Shown one piece after another: positions 1-8,551 of a stretch of DNA of 21,877 nucleotides (its first letter is position 1; the number at the start of each line of letters is the position of its first letter). This DNA comes from an uncultured virus (IMG/VR IMGVR_UViG_3300036781_000633). Its lineage: Duplodnaviria > Heunggongvirae > Uroviricota > Caudoviricetes. Where the stretch lies: the IMG/VR virus record IMGVR_UViG_3300036781_000633. The stretch is one strand, 5' to 3'. The translations under genes were made by a program, and so were the position numbers. Below the pieces are notes generated by a model. The model was given only the letters and a program-made list of their open reading frames with translations. It was not told the origin of the DNA and ran no database searches.

Positions 1-206
1 GAGCTCGAGCCGCCCGAGCTGGCATATGGGGTCGCACCCGGAATCGGCGTGCTCGAGATGACGTTGCCGCTCGCGTCGATGCACTCGTTCTGCGTGCCGT
101 CGATGGAGACGGCCATGCGCGCACACGTATCTCCGAGCGCGCCGCGCAGTGACGTGGTGGGGCGAAAGCGTCGGGCGGAACCGCGGGGGCTCGGTAGGTA
201 GCTCAT
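1..206 (-). CDS. Hypothetical (probable virion) protein, truncated by the left window edge
   Basis: ATG at 206-204 overlaps the TGA of the upstream gene (ATGA coupling). The frame stays open to the edge: MSYLPSPRGSARRFRPTTSLRGALGDTCARMAVSIDGTQNEC... It is not in the ORF track because no stop lies in the window. Confidence 0.7.
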   Translation of the reverse strand, partial: MSYLPSPRGSARRFRPTTSLRGALGDTCARMAVSIDGTQNECIDASGNVISSTPIPGATPYASSGGSS

Positions 207-2239
207 TTCACGGTTCCTCCGGCGGCCGCAGCCGCCTTTTTCTTGCGATTCGACTTCTTCGCCAACGCAGCAGCCAGCACGGCGCCACCGCCAAGGAGAG
301 CGATCAGCGTCCAGTTCGTCGGATGTGGGATCGGGATGCACTGGCTGATCCCGTTCCACATGTACCCGTCCGGACAGGTGGGAACCTGCGTCCCACCGCA
401 GAGTGCCGAGCCGACGGTGACCCCGGCACCCGCCGCCGCCCCATAGACTGGGTTCGCCTTGCCTGCACCCTGCGCCGCAGCATTCGCGGCGCCCGGTTGC
501 GTCAACACGCTGCACGCGAGACCACCGACGGCCGCGACGGCATCATTGACGGCGGTCAACACTGCCTGCGCGGCATCCGAGAGCTTCGAGGGGACGTAAG
601 CAATCAGGTCCCACAACGGTTGCCACCAAGGCTTCTGCGGCAGCGGCGCGAAGATGAGGCGCATGAACGCGGGCGGGTACGTCACCGTTTGGCTGCCGTC
701 CGGGTTGGCGGTCACCGTGTATGGATTGCTCATGATGAACATCCACATGCCCCAGTCTTTGTCGTCGGCGTTCGAGTGTTTGACGCCCTGGCGATCTATC
801 GTGCTTGGCATCACGTCGTAGATCGGCGGATCAGATCCGTCTGATCGAAACTTCACCGCCGGTACCGCCGTGAACTGTTGCGAGTCATAGGACAGCGTGC
901 CGTCGCTGTTCTGCGTGATGAGGTTCATGTCGAACGTGTTGCCACCTTCGACCGTCATGTCAGGCGTCAGGCCGATGGCGGCGTAGAAGTCGGCAGCCGT
1001 CGGAGACTGGTAGACCAGGTTCACCAGTTTTGCGCCCGGATCGCCAGCGTTGCACCCGCGCGAGCCACAATGGTAGTAGGAGCCCGACTGGGGCGAGCCC
1101 GGGCCGACGAGCTGACTGGCGGGCCATGCGGTTTTATACGCGCCGTTGTCGCCAAGCGGCCTCGTCAACTGCTTCAGCATCCACGGGCGGGCCGCCGCTG
1201 GGATCTGATTGGGCGTCGCGAAATCGACCGCGTACGAGCCGTGGGCAGGATCAAACTTGAACGGTCCCACGGTGATCTCGGTCGGCGACACCACCGTGTT
1301 CGAGGTCGAGATCGACGACACGTTCGTGAGCCCGCCTGCGGCGGCGCTCGTGGCGGCAGCGCTGGTGGCTCCCAGGCTGCGTCGTGCGGCGCGCTTGAAT
1401 AAACCGGCCATGGGTGCCGCGGAGCCCATGGCCGAACAGCCGGTGTATCCCGTGCAGCCGCTCAGGCCGCTCGGTCGCTTGCCCTGACCGCGAAGCGTGA
1501 GCTCGGCGATCATGCCCGCCGACATCGCTCGAGACAGCCCGGCGTGGAGTGCCTGCGCGGAGTTCATGCCCTGGCGGCGGAGATCGCGGGCGATCTTTCC
1601 GGTCCGCGCCTCGAGCGACGGGTCGATCGTCGCCAGTGTCTTCTTCAGGTACTTCGCGCGCTGGTTCGTCGGCAGCATCTGCATGCGCGCGAGGATGTTC
1701 GTGGCGGCGGCCTGACCGTACGACGGGAATGGGTCCGGCATCGGCGCGTCGCCGGCGATCCCGCCCAGCCCGTGGAGCGCTTGGCCACCTTGGTGGACAG
1801 GATGGAGTGGCTTCGCCTTGCCGATCCCCAGGATCGCGCGGAGCCATCCGAATGCGTCGGCCGCGCCCATCGACACCGCCTGGCCTTCGTTCGCTGGCAT
1901 GCCGATAGCGGGCGCGACCATGGTGATCTTCTGCGTGCCGCCGCTGTTCGGGACCCGCCGGTCGGAGAGGACCTGGGGGCGGCGGTTCAGGTAGTGGGGG
2001 ATCTTCGGGCCGGAGTACGTGCCGCTCGGCTGCCACCGGGTGGTCAGCGTGCCCTGACCGTAGCCCTCGTCGGTGACGTACTGAGGGACGTCATAGCCAC
2101 CGGTCTTGACGTTCGGATCGTCGTAGGTGCCGCGCGGCATCTGCTTCGTCACGAACGCGCGCCGCTGGAGTCCCTCTTGACGGACGTACTTGGGGAGGGC
2201 GAAGCCTGGGTCCCATGCTGGTGGAAGGTTGTAGGCCAT
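203..2239 (-). CDS. 678-aa putative virion membrane protein with C-terminal TM anchor
   Basis: AAAGG upstream of the ATG. N-terminal 36-aa duplication and Gly/Ala-rich linkers. C-terminal CPDGYMWNGISQC motif, then hydrophobic TLIALLGGGAVLAAALA and basic KKSNRKKK. No N-terminal signal peptide. Confidence 0.8.
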   Translation of the reverse strand: MAYNLPPAWDPGFALPKYVRQEGLQRRAFVTKQMPRGTYDDPNVKTGGYDVPQYVTDEGYGQGTLTTRWQPSGTYSGPKIPHYLNRRPQVLSDRRVPNSGGTQKITMVAPAIGMPANEGQAVSMGAADAFGWLRAILGIGKAKPLHPVHQGGQALHGLGGIAGDAPMPDPFPSYGQAAATNILARMQMLPTNQRAKYLKKTLATIDPSLEARTGKIARDLRRQGMNSAQALHAGLSRAMSAGMIAELTLRGQGKRPSGLSGCTGYTGCSAMGSAAPMAGLFKRAARRSLGATSAAATSAAAGGLTNVSSISTSNTVVSPTEITVGPFKFDPAHGSYAVDFATPNQIPAAARPWMLKQLTRPLGDNGAYKTAWPASQLVGPGSPQSGSYYHCGSRGCNAGDPGAKLVNLVYQSPTAADFYAAIGLTPDMTVEGGNTFDMNLITQNSDGTLSYDSQQFTAVPAVKFRSDGSDPPIYDVMPSTIDRQGVKHSNADDKDWGMWMFIMSNPYTVTANPDGSQTVTYPPAFMRLIFAPLPQKPWWQPLWDLIAYVPSKLSDAAQAVLTAVNDAVAAVGGLACSVLTQPGAANAAAQGAGKANPVYGAAAGAGVTVGSALCGGTQVPTCPDGYMWNGISQCIPIPHPTNWTLIALLGGGAVLAAALAKKSNRKKKAAAAAGGTVK

Positions 2240-2251
2240 GACGTAACCTTT

Positions 2252-2848
2252 CTACGCTGCAATCCCGTAGACGCGAGCGGCCTTGACCCGCCCCAGCATC
2301 TGTTTCGTCTTCTCGGCGGCGACCGGATCGAGCACGACCTTCTGACGGGTGCGGGGCTCGAGCCCGCACGTGAACACGTGCGAGTATTGGCGCTCGGTGC
2401 CGTAGAACATGTCTTCGAACGCGACGGTCACGAATTCCGCGCGGCCACCCATCGCGATCACCGCCGCCGCCAACCAGGTCGCGAGGTCGTCACAGTCGAC
2501 GCTCGGCACGTGGCCGTCCAAGATCATCTTGGAGATCACGTACGGCGCGCGCACGAGCTCGACACGCCGCGGGTCCCGCATGTAGCGGGTGTTCTGCAAC
2601 ATGAAGTAGAACACCGCGAGCATCTCGCTCGTGTAGTCCTTCGAGTCGACGTTCTCGCAGATCACCTCGCACAGTTGGCGGGTCTCGAGGTGGTCCTGGT
2701 CCTCACGCACCGCGCGCCGCATGACCTGGATGGTCTGCGGCGCGCCTGCGTACTCGATGTTGGACAACGGCGCGCGGTCCGGCACCCAGATGTTACGGGT
2801 GCCAGCGTACGCGCTATTTCGGTTGGTCCGGATCACGGTGGCCCACAC
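2252..2848 (-). CDS. Transglutaminase-like cysteine protease/transferase
   Basis: RYMRDP..VELVRAP, VDCDDLA (Cys), YSHVF (His) and VLDPV (Asp) give the transglutaminase-like triad in the expected order. Exact start uncertain (GTG, no clear RBS). Confidence 0.85.
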   Translation of the reverse strand: MWATVIRTNRNSAYAGTRNIWVPDRAPLSNIEYAGAPQTIQVMRRAVREDQDHLETRQLCEVICENVDSKDYTSEMLAVFYFMLQNTRYMRDPRRVELVRAPYVISKMILDGHVPSVDCDDLATWLAAAVIAMGGRAEFVTVAFEDMFYGTERQYSHVFTCGLEPRTRQKVVLDPVAAEKTKQMLGRVKAARVYGIAA

Positions 2849-2884
2849 CCGGAGAGATGGAGGCCGACATTGCGATCACCGACA

Positions 2885-4597
2885 CTAGCCGATGAGCCGC
2901 TCGGCAACCTTCCTCAGCCAGTTCTTTCCGGCCTGGGAGGAGAGGGGCGAGCTGCTCTGTAACTTTGCCACCTTAGACATGAAGACGTCAACGCCATGGT
3001 CCCGGAGGGTGATCTTCACCTCCTCTGGGATGTGGGGGCCGAAACTCTGGGCGACGATCTCGGGCTCCTGTCCACCACTGAAGGCGTTCTCGAGCATGGT
3101 AATGACCTGCGTCACCGTGGCCGGATCGACCTCGGGAAGCTCGGGCTCGACCACACCGTCCGGTCCCACCACCGGTCTCTTCTTCTTCTTCCGGATCGGG
3201 CCGGTCAACTGACCGTTGGGCTGGAGGAGGTACTTCTGGCCGTCGGGACCGTCGACGACTTGCGGTCGTCGCTGTTGCTGTTGGGCGATCTGCGCCTGGT
3301 GCGCTTGCTGGGCGGCGATGGCCTGTTGCTGCGGATTCGGAGCACCCTTGCCACCGATGATGCCCGCAATCGCGGCGATGTTCCCGGGATCGGTCACGGC
3401 CTCGATGATCCTCGCCCCGGTCGATTTCTCGTCCTCGTCGCCGCCGATGGCCTCGCGGATGGCCTGGACGTCCTTCATCGTCTCGATGATCCCCTTCTCT
3501 TTCTTCGCGCGAAGTTCCTTGACTTCGGTCGTCATGGCATCGATCTGGCGCTCGAGTGTCCGCACGGTGCCTTCGAGGAGCCGGATCTGGGTGTCGTTCG
3601 AGCTCTTGATCGCACCGAGCGCGATCTCGTGCGACATCCGCAGTCCCTGGATCTCGCGCTCGTGCTGCATCGTGATGTACTGCTTGTCGCGTTCGAAGCC
3701 ATCACGTAGCCGCGACTCCTGTTGCGACTGGCCATCCTTGATCGTGCGGATCTCCGCCTCGTACGCGATCCGCGTGGCCTGGACCTGATCGCCCGACTTC
3801 GTCATGAAGTGGGTCAGCATCCCCTCCTTGAACGTGTCCGTGGGGACGGGCTTGTTTTGGAGGTCGGCGATCAGTTTATCCTTCGCCGTCGATTGTTCCA
3901 TCAGCGCGACGATCTGCGCCTGCAGCGGCGCCACCGCGAGCCGGAGGGCGTCGAGCATCTGGGCATTGTTGTCGTGATGAACCTGTTCCTGGGGCCGCTC
4001 GGCGCGCCGGTTGGCTTGCTCGAGTTGATCCTTCATCACGCCCATCACCTCCTTGACGATCCCGGGCGAGTCCCCGTTCGCGGCCGGCGCCGTCTCCTTC
4101 GCCGGGGCCGAGGGGTTCTTGGCGCGGAGCGCGTCGAGCTTCGGTTCGCCGGCGACCGTGAAGTCCTTCGCCTTGTAGAACACGAAGCGTCCCTTCGCGT
4201 CGGGCCGCATCACCTTGATGCGCATCTTGCCGCCACCATGGTGCTGGGCGACGAGTTCCTCGTCGATCATCTGTTCGTATCGCTTCAGGTGACCGCTGCA
4301 CTGGATATCCCGCCCCGAGAACGTGTCGAACGCCGTTTCTGGCGACACGCGATGGAGCTCGATGCGAAACGCGCCCTCCTCCGCACCGATCGAGCGCATG
4401 AACACCGCGAGCGAGTTGTCCTCGTCCGCCTGGAGGCGACGTAGCGGCTCGGTCAGCGGCAGCGATGACGAGCGGGTTGGCTTGGGGTCGGTCTCGGCGT
4501 CGTTCGCCACAGCGGTCGTGTCGCCGAGCTCGAGAATCTCGGGCCGCGAGTCCACGCCCTCGGTGTCGTTTTTGGCCTCAGCCTTACTCGTCTTCAT
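2885..4597 (-). CDS. 570-aa coiled-coil hypothetical protein
   Basis: Start moved to ATG 4597, which has GAGGAGG 6 nt upstream inside the acidic tail of the previous gene. N-terminal globular region (QHHGGGKMRIKV), long E/Q/K/R heptad-like middle, Q-rich linker and helical C-terminal domain. Confidence 0.8.
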   Translation of the reverse strand: MKTSKAEAKNDTEGVDSRPEILELGDTTAVANDAETDPKPTRSSSLPLTEPLRRLQADEDNSLAVFMRSIGAEEGAFRIELHRVSPETAFDTFSGRDIQCSGHLKRYEQMIDEELVAQHHGGGKMRIKVMRPDAKGRFVFYKAKDFTVAGEPKLDALRAKNPSAPAKETAPAANGDSPGIVKEVMGVMKDQLEQANRRAERPQEQVHHDNNAQMLDALRLAVAPLQAQIVALMEQSTAKDKLIADLQNKPVPTDTFKEGMLTHFMTKSGDQVQATRIAYEAEIRTIKDGQSQQESRLRDGFERDKQYITMQHEREIQGLRMSHEIALGAIKSSNDTQIRLLEGTVRTLERQIDAMTTEVKELRAKKEKGIIETMKDVQAIREAIGGDEDEKSTGARIIEAVTDPGNIAAIAGIIGGKGAPNPQQQAIAAQQAHQAQIAQQQQRRPQVVDGPDGQKYLLQPNGQLTGPIRKKKKRPVVGPDGVVEPELPEVDPATVTQVITMLENAFSGGQEPEIVAQSFGPHIPEEVKITLRDHGVDVFMSKVAKLQSSSPLSSQAGKNWLRKVAERLIG

Positions 4598-5039
4598 CGT
4601 CATCCTCCTCGTCATCGGCATCGCTGCCAGCACTGTCCTCGTCCTCGTCCTCGTCCTCGTCATCCGGATCCTCGAGCACGGTGACTTCCTCGAGCGTTTC
4701 CTGCGCCACCTTGCACATCCCTCGGAACGCGTCGACCGCGCGCTTGACGGCGGCATTGCCCGGCGACTGGTCCTCGAGCGCCTTGGCGATCCCTAGGCCA
4801 GCAACGATCACATTCGCGAACACCTTCGCGGTCTCGGGATGGATGATCTCCTCCGCCCCGTTGAGGAGGTTCTCGATGCATTCGTCCTGTTCCTCGACCT
4901 CGGTCACCAAGCTCTCGACGAACGGCCACAGGGTGTTCTTCAGGTGGAGCACGATATCGGCAGAGCTCGTGAGCGGCCCCATCGTGGTGAGGGTTTGGAG
5001 GTTCGATTGCAGGTCGGCCTTCAGACTTTCGACGGTCAT
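4584..5039 (-). CDS. 151-aa acidic helical protein with Asp/Glu tail
   Basis: GGAGA RBS and ATGA overlap with the upstream stop at 5036-5038. MTVESLKADLQ... ends in DDEDEDEDED...DEEDDDEDE. Confidence 0.8.
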   Translation of the reverse strand: MTVESLKADLQSNLQTLTTMGPLTSSADIVLHLKNTLWPFVESLVTEVEEQDECIENLLNGAEEIIHPETAKVFANVIVAGLGIAKALEDQSPGNAAVKRAVDAFRGMCKVAQETLEEVTVLEDPDDEDEDEDEDSAGSDADDEEDDDEDE

Positions 5040-5602
5040 GGTGGATCTCCGAAGGGGCCGAGTTCCGCGGTGGGAGGCGCCTCGCCGTTGGTGATTTCCG
5101 GATCGCGCGCGGCAAGCTCGGCGGCGAGTAACTCGCGCTGGGCGGCAGCGACTTCCTCCGCCACACGAGCGGCATCGGCTCGAGCGACCTGCCACGCATT
5201 CATGTCCTTCAGGAATTGCTTCCCGCTCTTGGACTTCAGGTGGCGGTCGCGTTCGGCCTTGCGGCGCTTTTCGAGCGTCGCGCTGGTCGGCAGCCACAGG
5301 TTGCACGCGACGACAGGTGTGTCGCCGAGCTCGAACTCGATGCCCGATTGCGGGTAGCACGTGTGGTGGACCTGGACGTGGAGGCCACCATCCGAGCCGT
5401 CGCGCGGCGTTTCGGCGTCGAGCTGCGTCTCGAGCCGGTGGTAATGGACGCATGGGCCTTGCTCGCACATCCTCGGCGCGAGCCTTGGCGATCCTTGCGT
5501 CTGTGAATCGGTGAACAGCAACGATCCGTCCGGTCCCAACGGTGGGAGCGGGGACGGAGTGAAGCCATCCGTGAGGTCATCCCTGACCGAACGTCGTTTC
5601 AT
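5036..5602 (-). CDS. 188-aa hypothetical protein, Cys/His cluster (possible Zn binding)
   Basis: AAGGAG upstream of ATG 5602 (MKRRSVRDD). Motifs CEQGPCVHYH, HHTCYP and ACNLW. First gene of the leftward arm. Confidence 0.7.
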   Translation of the reverse strand: MKRRSVRDDLTDGFTPSPLPPLGPDGSLLFTDSQTQGSPRLAPRMCEQGPCVHYHRLETQLDAETPRDGSDGGLHVQVHHTCYPQSGIEFELGDTPVVACNLWLPTSATLEKRRKAERDRHLKSKSGKQFLKDMNAWQVARADAARVAEEVAAAQRELLAAELAARDPEITNGEAPPTAELGPFGDPP

Positions 5603-5984
5603 CCCGGAGAACTCCTTTCGGACGGCTACGATAAGCACTCCGGAACGACTGCGGCGGATTTGCGCGGGACTTTCCGGGGACTCTCGACGGCTTTTTCAGC
5701 CTTCAAAGTGGGGTCCAGGGACCATGGCCTTTGGCCCAGGGGTTGAAAAGCCTCCGGAGTAGGCGCCCAAGTAGCTGTTAGGACGTCCGAAACTGGTAGG
5801 TTTTGGACGTGTTTCACCACGTCTGACGTCTGGTTTCTACCACTCCGGAGTGCCGATCCCGGCCAAGTCCCCGAATTTCGGACCTTGCCAGTGGCAATCT
5901 AATCCGGAATACCTTTCGCAGTATCCCTTTCCATCGGAAACGAACCAACCCCGGGGGCATGGCCCCCGAGAGAGTAGGGACCCC
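5603..5984. promoter_or_regulatory. Divergent control region with multiple palindromes (promoters/operators, possibly origin)
   Basis: The only large non-coding gap, between divergent arms. Inverted repeats at 5783-5810, 5841-5852, 5871-5881, 5885-5897, 5928-5940 and 5952-5968, plus four TCCGGA copies. Confidence 0.65.
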
Positions 5985-6245
5985 ATGGGGGCAAAGAAAC
6001 TGAAGGCGTCTGCGGTGCTGGTGCGGGACGGCAAAGAGTCGACAGCAACCGTCACGCTTGTCACGGGCTCGGCACCTGTCATCCGCATCGATGGCACCAT
6101 GGGGTCCTGGTATCTCGCGGACGTTCGCGACTCTAACGGAGTGTGGGTCGATTTCGGGCAAGGACTCGCGTGCACCAACATTGCAGCGCTTGTCGCGGAG
6201 GCATACGCGATGTTGCGTGGCGACGGCGACGGGGAGTGCGCGTAA
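5985..6245 (+). CDS. 86-aa hypothetical phage protein
   Basis: AGGGA before ATG 5985 (MGAKKLK). Its stop overlaps the next ATG (TAATG). Confidence 0.7.
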   Translation: MGAKKLKASAVLVRDGKESTATVTLVTGSAPVIRIDGTMGSWYLADVRDSNGVWVDFGQGLACTNIAALVAEAYAMLRGDGDGECA

Positions 6246-6604
6246 TGGGCGCCGCAGATCAAGAGGGACTCCGGCTCGCTGGCGCGTTGATCCCATACAT
6301 CGGTTCGACCCCCACAACGCGGCGTCTTTGCGTCGAGATCGCGACACTCGCACGCCGCTATCAGCGGATTCAGGTGGCCAAACTGAATCGCTTCCTGACA
6401 GCAAGCGAGCGCACCATCGAGCCGAGACTCGAAGACCATATCCGGGCGCTCGTGGCCTCACTGCCCGCAACGGACGATGGCGCGATCACTGTCAGTTTCG
6501 ACGGTGATCCGCGAGGATCCGCGGTGCACGTCACTGTGCCGAATCAACCGCACGCGGGTAATTCGCTTGGACTCGGTGGTGAGTTCTATGTGGGAGGCGA
6601 ATAG
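6245..6604 (+). CDS. 119-aa hypothetical phage protein (GDPRG motif)
   Basis: TAATG coupling with GGGGAG upstream. Contains FDGDPRGSAV. Confidence 0.75.
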   Translation: MGAADQEGLRLAGALIPYIGSTPTTRRLCVEIATLARRYQRIQVAKLNRFLTASERTIEPRLEDHIRALVASLPATDDGAITVSFDGDPRGSAVHVTVPNQPHAGNSLGLGGEFYVGGE

Positions 6605-6606
6605 CC

Positions 6607-6999
6607 ATGGCCCGAACCACCGAGCATCCGGTGATGGCATACATGCGCTATGAGGCGCGCGGGTTCGTGACGTCATTCATGACGGATCTCACGAACCACG
6701 ACGCGGCAGCACTCAGCAAGCGTCCGCATGACGAGTGTTTCTCGTGGATCGTCAACCCATGCGGGACACACATCGCATTCCCCCATCAAAGCGATTGCAA
6801 CGGCGCATGGTCTACACGCTTCGCAGTCGAGGTGATGCGCGCCATGGGGCCCGATAACCTCCGCTACTTTTGGTGGGATGGTACCCACCTCGTGCGCATC
6901 AAGTGTGCGGCAGATCTCGACGACAAAATGGCCGAGCATGAGGCCACACTCCGCGAAACAGCCAAGCGAGCACACCTCGCTGAGATGGGAGTGGCGTAG
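6607..6999 (+). CDS. 130-aa hypothetical phage protein
   Basis: GGGAGG RBS and 2-nt gap after the previous stop. Protein-like composition (YFWWDG). Confidence 0.75.
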   Translation: MARTTEHPVMAYMRYEARGFVTSFMTDLTNHDAAALSKRPHDECFSWIVNPCGTHIAFPHQSDCNGAWSTRFAVEVMRAMGPDNLRYFWWDGTHLVRIKCAADLDDKMAEHEATLRETAKRAHLAEMGVA

Positions 7000-7001
7000 T
7001 C

Positions 7002-7229
7002 ATGGGTCCCGTCAAGATCTACAACCGATCGGCATGGCCGGCGATCATGGGAATCGTCCATTGCTGTGACGGCACGCGTTACACCATCAAGATTGACGAT
7101 GACATCGTCACAGTACATCTCGCGGACAACGGTCTCTGCAATACCACGAGCGCAAAACGCAGTCGCACGACCGGGTTCGCCGCGTCCAGGATGGTGAGGC
7201 GGTACCTACAATCCATGGGAGGCGTGTAG
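7002..7229 (+). CDS. 75-aa hypothetical protein
   Basis: GGGAG RBS and 2-nt gaps on both sides, so it fills the operon exactly. Confidence 0.65.
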   Translation: MGPVKIYNRSAWPAIMGIVHCCDGTRYTIKIDDDIVTVHLADNGLCNTTSAKRSRTTGFAASRMVRRYLQSMGGV

Positions 7230-7231
7230 TC

Positions 7232-7891
7232 ATGGCCCGACGCAAGAAACAGGTAATCCCCGTGATCGCTGCACCCTCTTCGCAATCGGCGAAGGTGCCG
7301 CGCCCGTTCTATGCCCCTCCTCCGCAACGCGAGCTTGCCGATACCGTGCTCGAAGACGCCAACACATTGCTTGCGCGTCACGATGTCGGTGTCACCGATG
7401 ACACGATCGACATCTGGCAGACACTTCGAGATCTCGCCGGAGTTGTCGGTGACATGTCGGTGCTGCAAGGGCAGATCGCCGAGCTTCAAGCGGACGTCGA
7501 GGCGGCAGACGGGCTTACGAAGGAAGCGAAGGAGCGCGCAACGCTCGTCGCGACCGATGCGGATCGCCGATGTCATGAGGCCACCGGCGAAATGCTACGG
7601 ATGCGCACGGAGCGCGACGCGCTCAATACAGAGCTCGAACAACTCCGTCACAAGTCCTCGAACCAAGACGCCCAGATCCGTATGGGGATCGCGGCGAACA
7701 TGGAGTTGCAGTCAAAGATCGACACGCTGACGTCGAGGCTTGCCACTCAACAGATCGAGCCATCGGCCGAACAAACCATCATGTCAAACATCCGTCGGCG
7801 GTATGCGACCTACAGCGCTCGCGGTCCGTCCGGTATGTCCCCAACCGCTATCGCTCGTGATCGGGCACTGGCAGAACGCGAGAACGCGTAA
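7232..7891 (+). CDS. 219-aa coiled-coil hypothetical protein
   Basis: GGGAGG RBS. Basic N-terminus and heptad-like LQGQIAELQADVE...LNTELEQLR. Confidence 0.75.
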   Translation: MARRKKQVIPVIAAPSSQSAKVPRPFYAPPPQRELADTVLEDANTLLARHDVGVTDDTIDIWQTLRDLAGVVGDMSVLQGQIAELQADVEAADGLTKEAKERATLVATDADRRCHEATGEMLRMRTERDALNTELEQLRHKSSNQDAQIRMGIAANMELQSKIDTLTSRLATQQIEPSAEQTIMSNIRRRYATYSARGPSGMSPTAIARDRALAERENA

Positions 7892-7893
7892 CG

Positions 7894-8085
7894 ATGTACA
7901 AGATCATCCGACATTTCTTCAATGGTACGAAACGCACCGTCCGTACTGGCCTCACGCTTGAAGAGGCGCAAGCGCACTGCAATGATCCGGAGACGTCATC
8001 CACCACGTGCACCAAAGCGGCCGGCAAGCGGCGCACGCGTATCCATGGCCGGTGGTTCGATGGTTACACGGAGTGTCGCCGATGA
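7894..8085 (+). CDS. 63-aa small phage protein
   Basis: MYKIIR...GLTLEEAQAHCNDPETSS...WFDGY resembles a recurrent small phage protein type (from recall). ATGA coupling to the next gene. Confidence 0.75.
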   Translation: MYKIIRHFFNGTKRTVRTGLTLEEAQAHCNDPETSSTTCTKAAGKRRTRIHGRWFDGYTECRR

Positions 8086-8507
8086 GACTTACCCTCTTGT
8101 TCCTGATCATGTGCGGCGCATGCGGCGCATGCGTTGCCGAACCGGAACCGGATCCGACTCCGGTGGTGGTGACACCGCAGTCCCCGGAGGGCCCGAAGTG
8201 TCCCGGGTTCACGGTGTCCTCGTGGATCGCACGTGGAGATGACAGAGGGCCAGCATGGTCCGCACTGCGGGCCTATAGCCCCACGCCATTCGGCACCGCT
8301 ACGCTACTGCAAGACGGCGCGCCGTTGTCCGCATCGGACATTCCCGCGCTCCCCTGGGAGGATACCAGCACGATCCCGTCGGTGTGGCGCGATCAGCCCT
8401 ACGAGGACGTGCTGATCCATCTTCCTGCGTTAGATGTTTCCTACTCCGTCACTGTTTCATACTCGGACGGTTCCGAGTGCTCCACGTTCATTCCCTTGGC
8501 TCGCTAA
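8082..8507 (+). CDS. 141-aa putative lipoprotein/exported protein
   Basis: ATGA-coupled start. MRLTLLFLIMCGACGAC signal/lipobox-like N-terminus followed by a Pro-rich linker. Confidence 0.65.
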   Translation: MRLTLLFLIMCGACGACVAEPEPDPTPVVVTPQSPEGPKCPGFTVSSWIARGDDRGPAWSALRAYSPTPFGTATLLQDGAPLSASDIPALPWEDTSTIPSVWRDQPYEDVLIHLPALDVSYSVTVSYSDGSECSTFIPLAR

Positions 8508-8551
8508 CCGCTACTCGTCGTCGGACATGGTCCGACAGAAACGGAGATCCC

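Noticed and set aside
1544..2962. 472-aa plus-strand ORF (also 149-844 and 2996-4444)
   Set aside because: Antisense shadows of well-supported minus-strand genes. Long stop-free antisense frames are expected with GC-rich codon bias, and they have no motifs.
4636..4662. (GTCCTC)n hexamer repeat as a contingency locus
   Set aside because: It simply encodes DEDEDED, and a unit length of 6 cannot shift the frame.
4598..4756. N-terminal extension of the 623-aa ORF (TRTRTRTRT)
   Set aside because: Off-frame reading of the acidic tail of the upstream gene. The RBS supports a start at 4597.
5885..5915. Sigma70 promoter TTGCCA...TACCTT
   Set aside because: The 19-nt spacing and weak -10 do not support a specific promoter call.
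5626..6470. Minus-strand ORFs 5626-5820, 5814-6470 and 5837-6439 as a repressor gene
   Set aside because: No HTH or RBS, and they overlap the coupled plus-strand genes or the palindromic control region.
6591..7240. Junction repeats as a CRISPR array or attC sites
   Set aside because: Spacers are whole genes of 200-370 nt, the repeats are degenerate and non-palindromic, and there is no cas gene or integron integrase.
8520..8536. Hairpin as a rho-independent terminator
   Set aside because: No U-tract on either strand. Treated instead as part of the twin-hairpin element.
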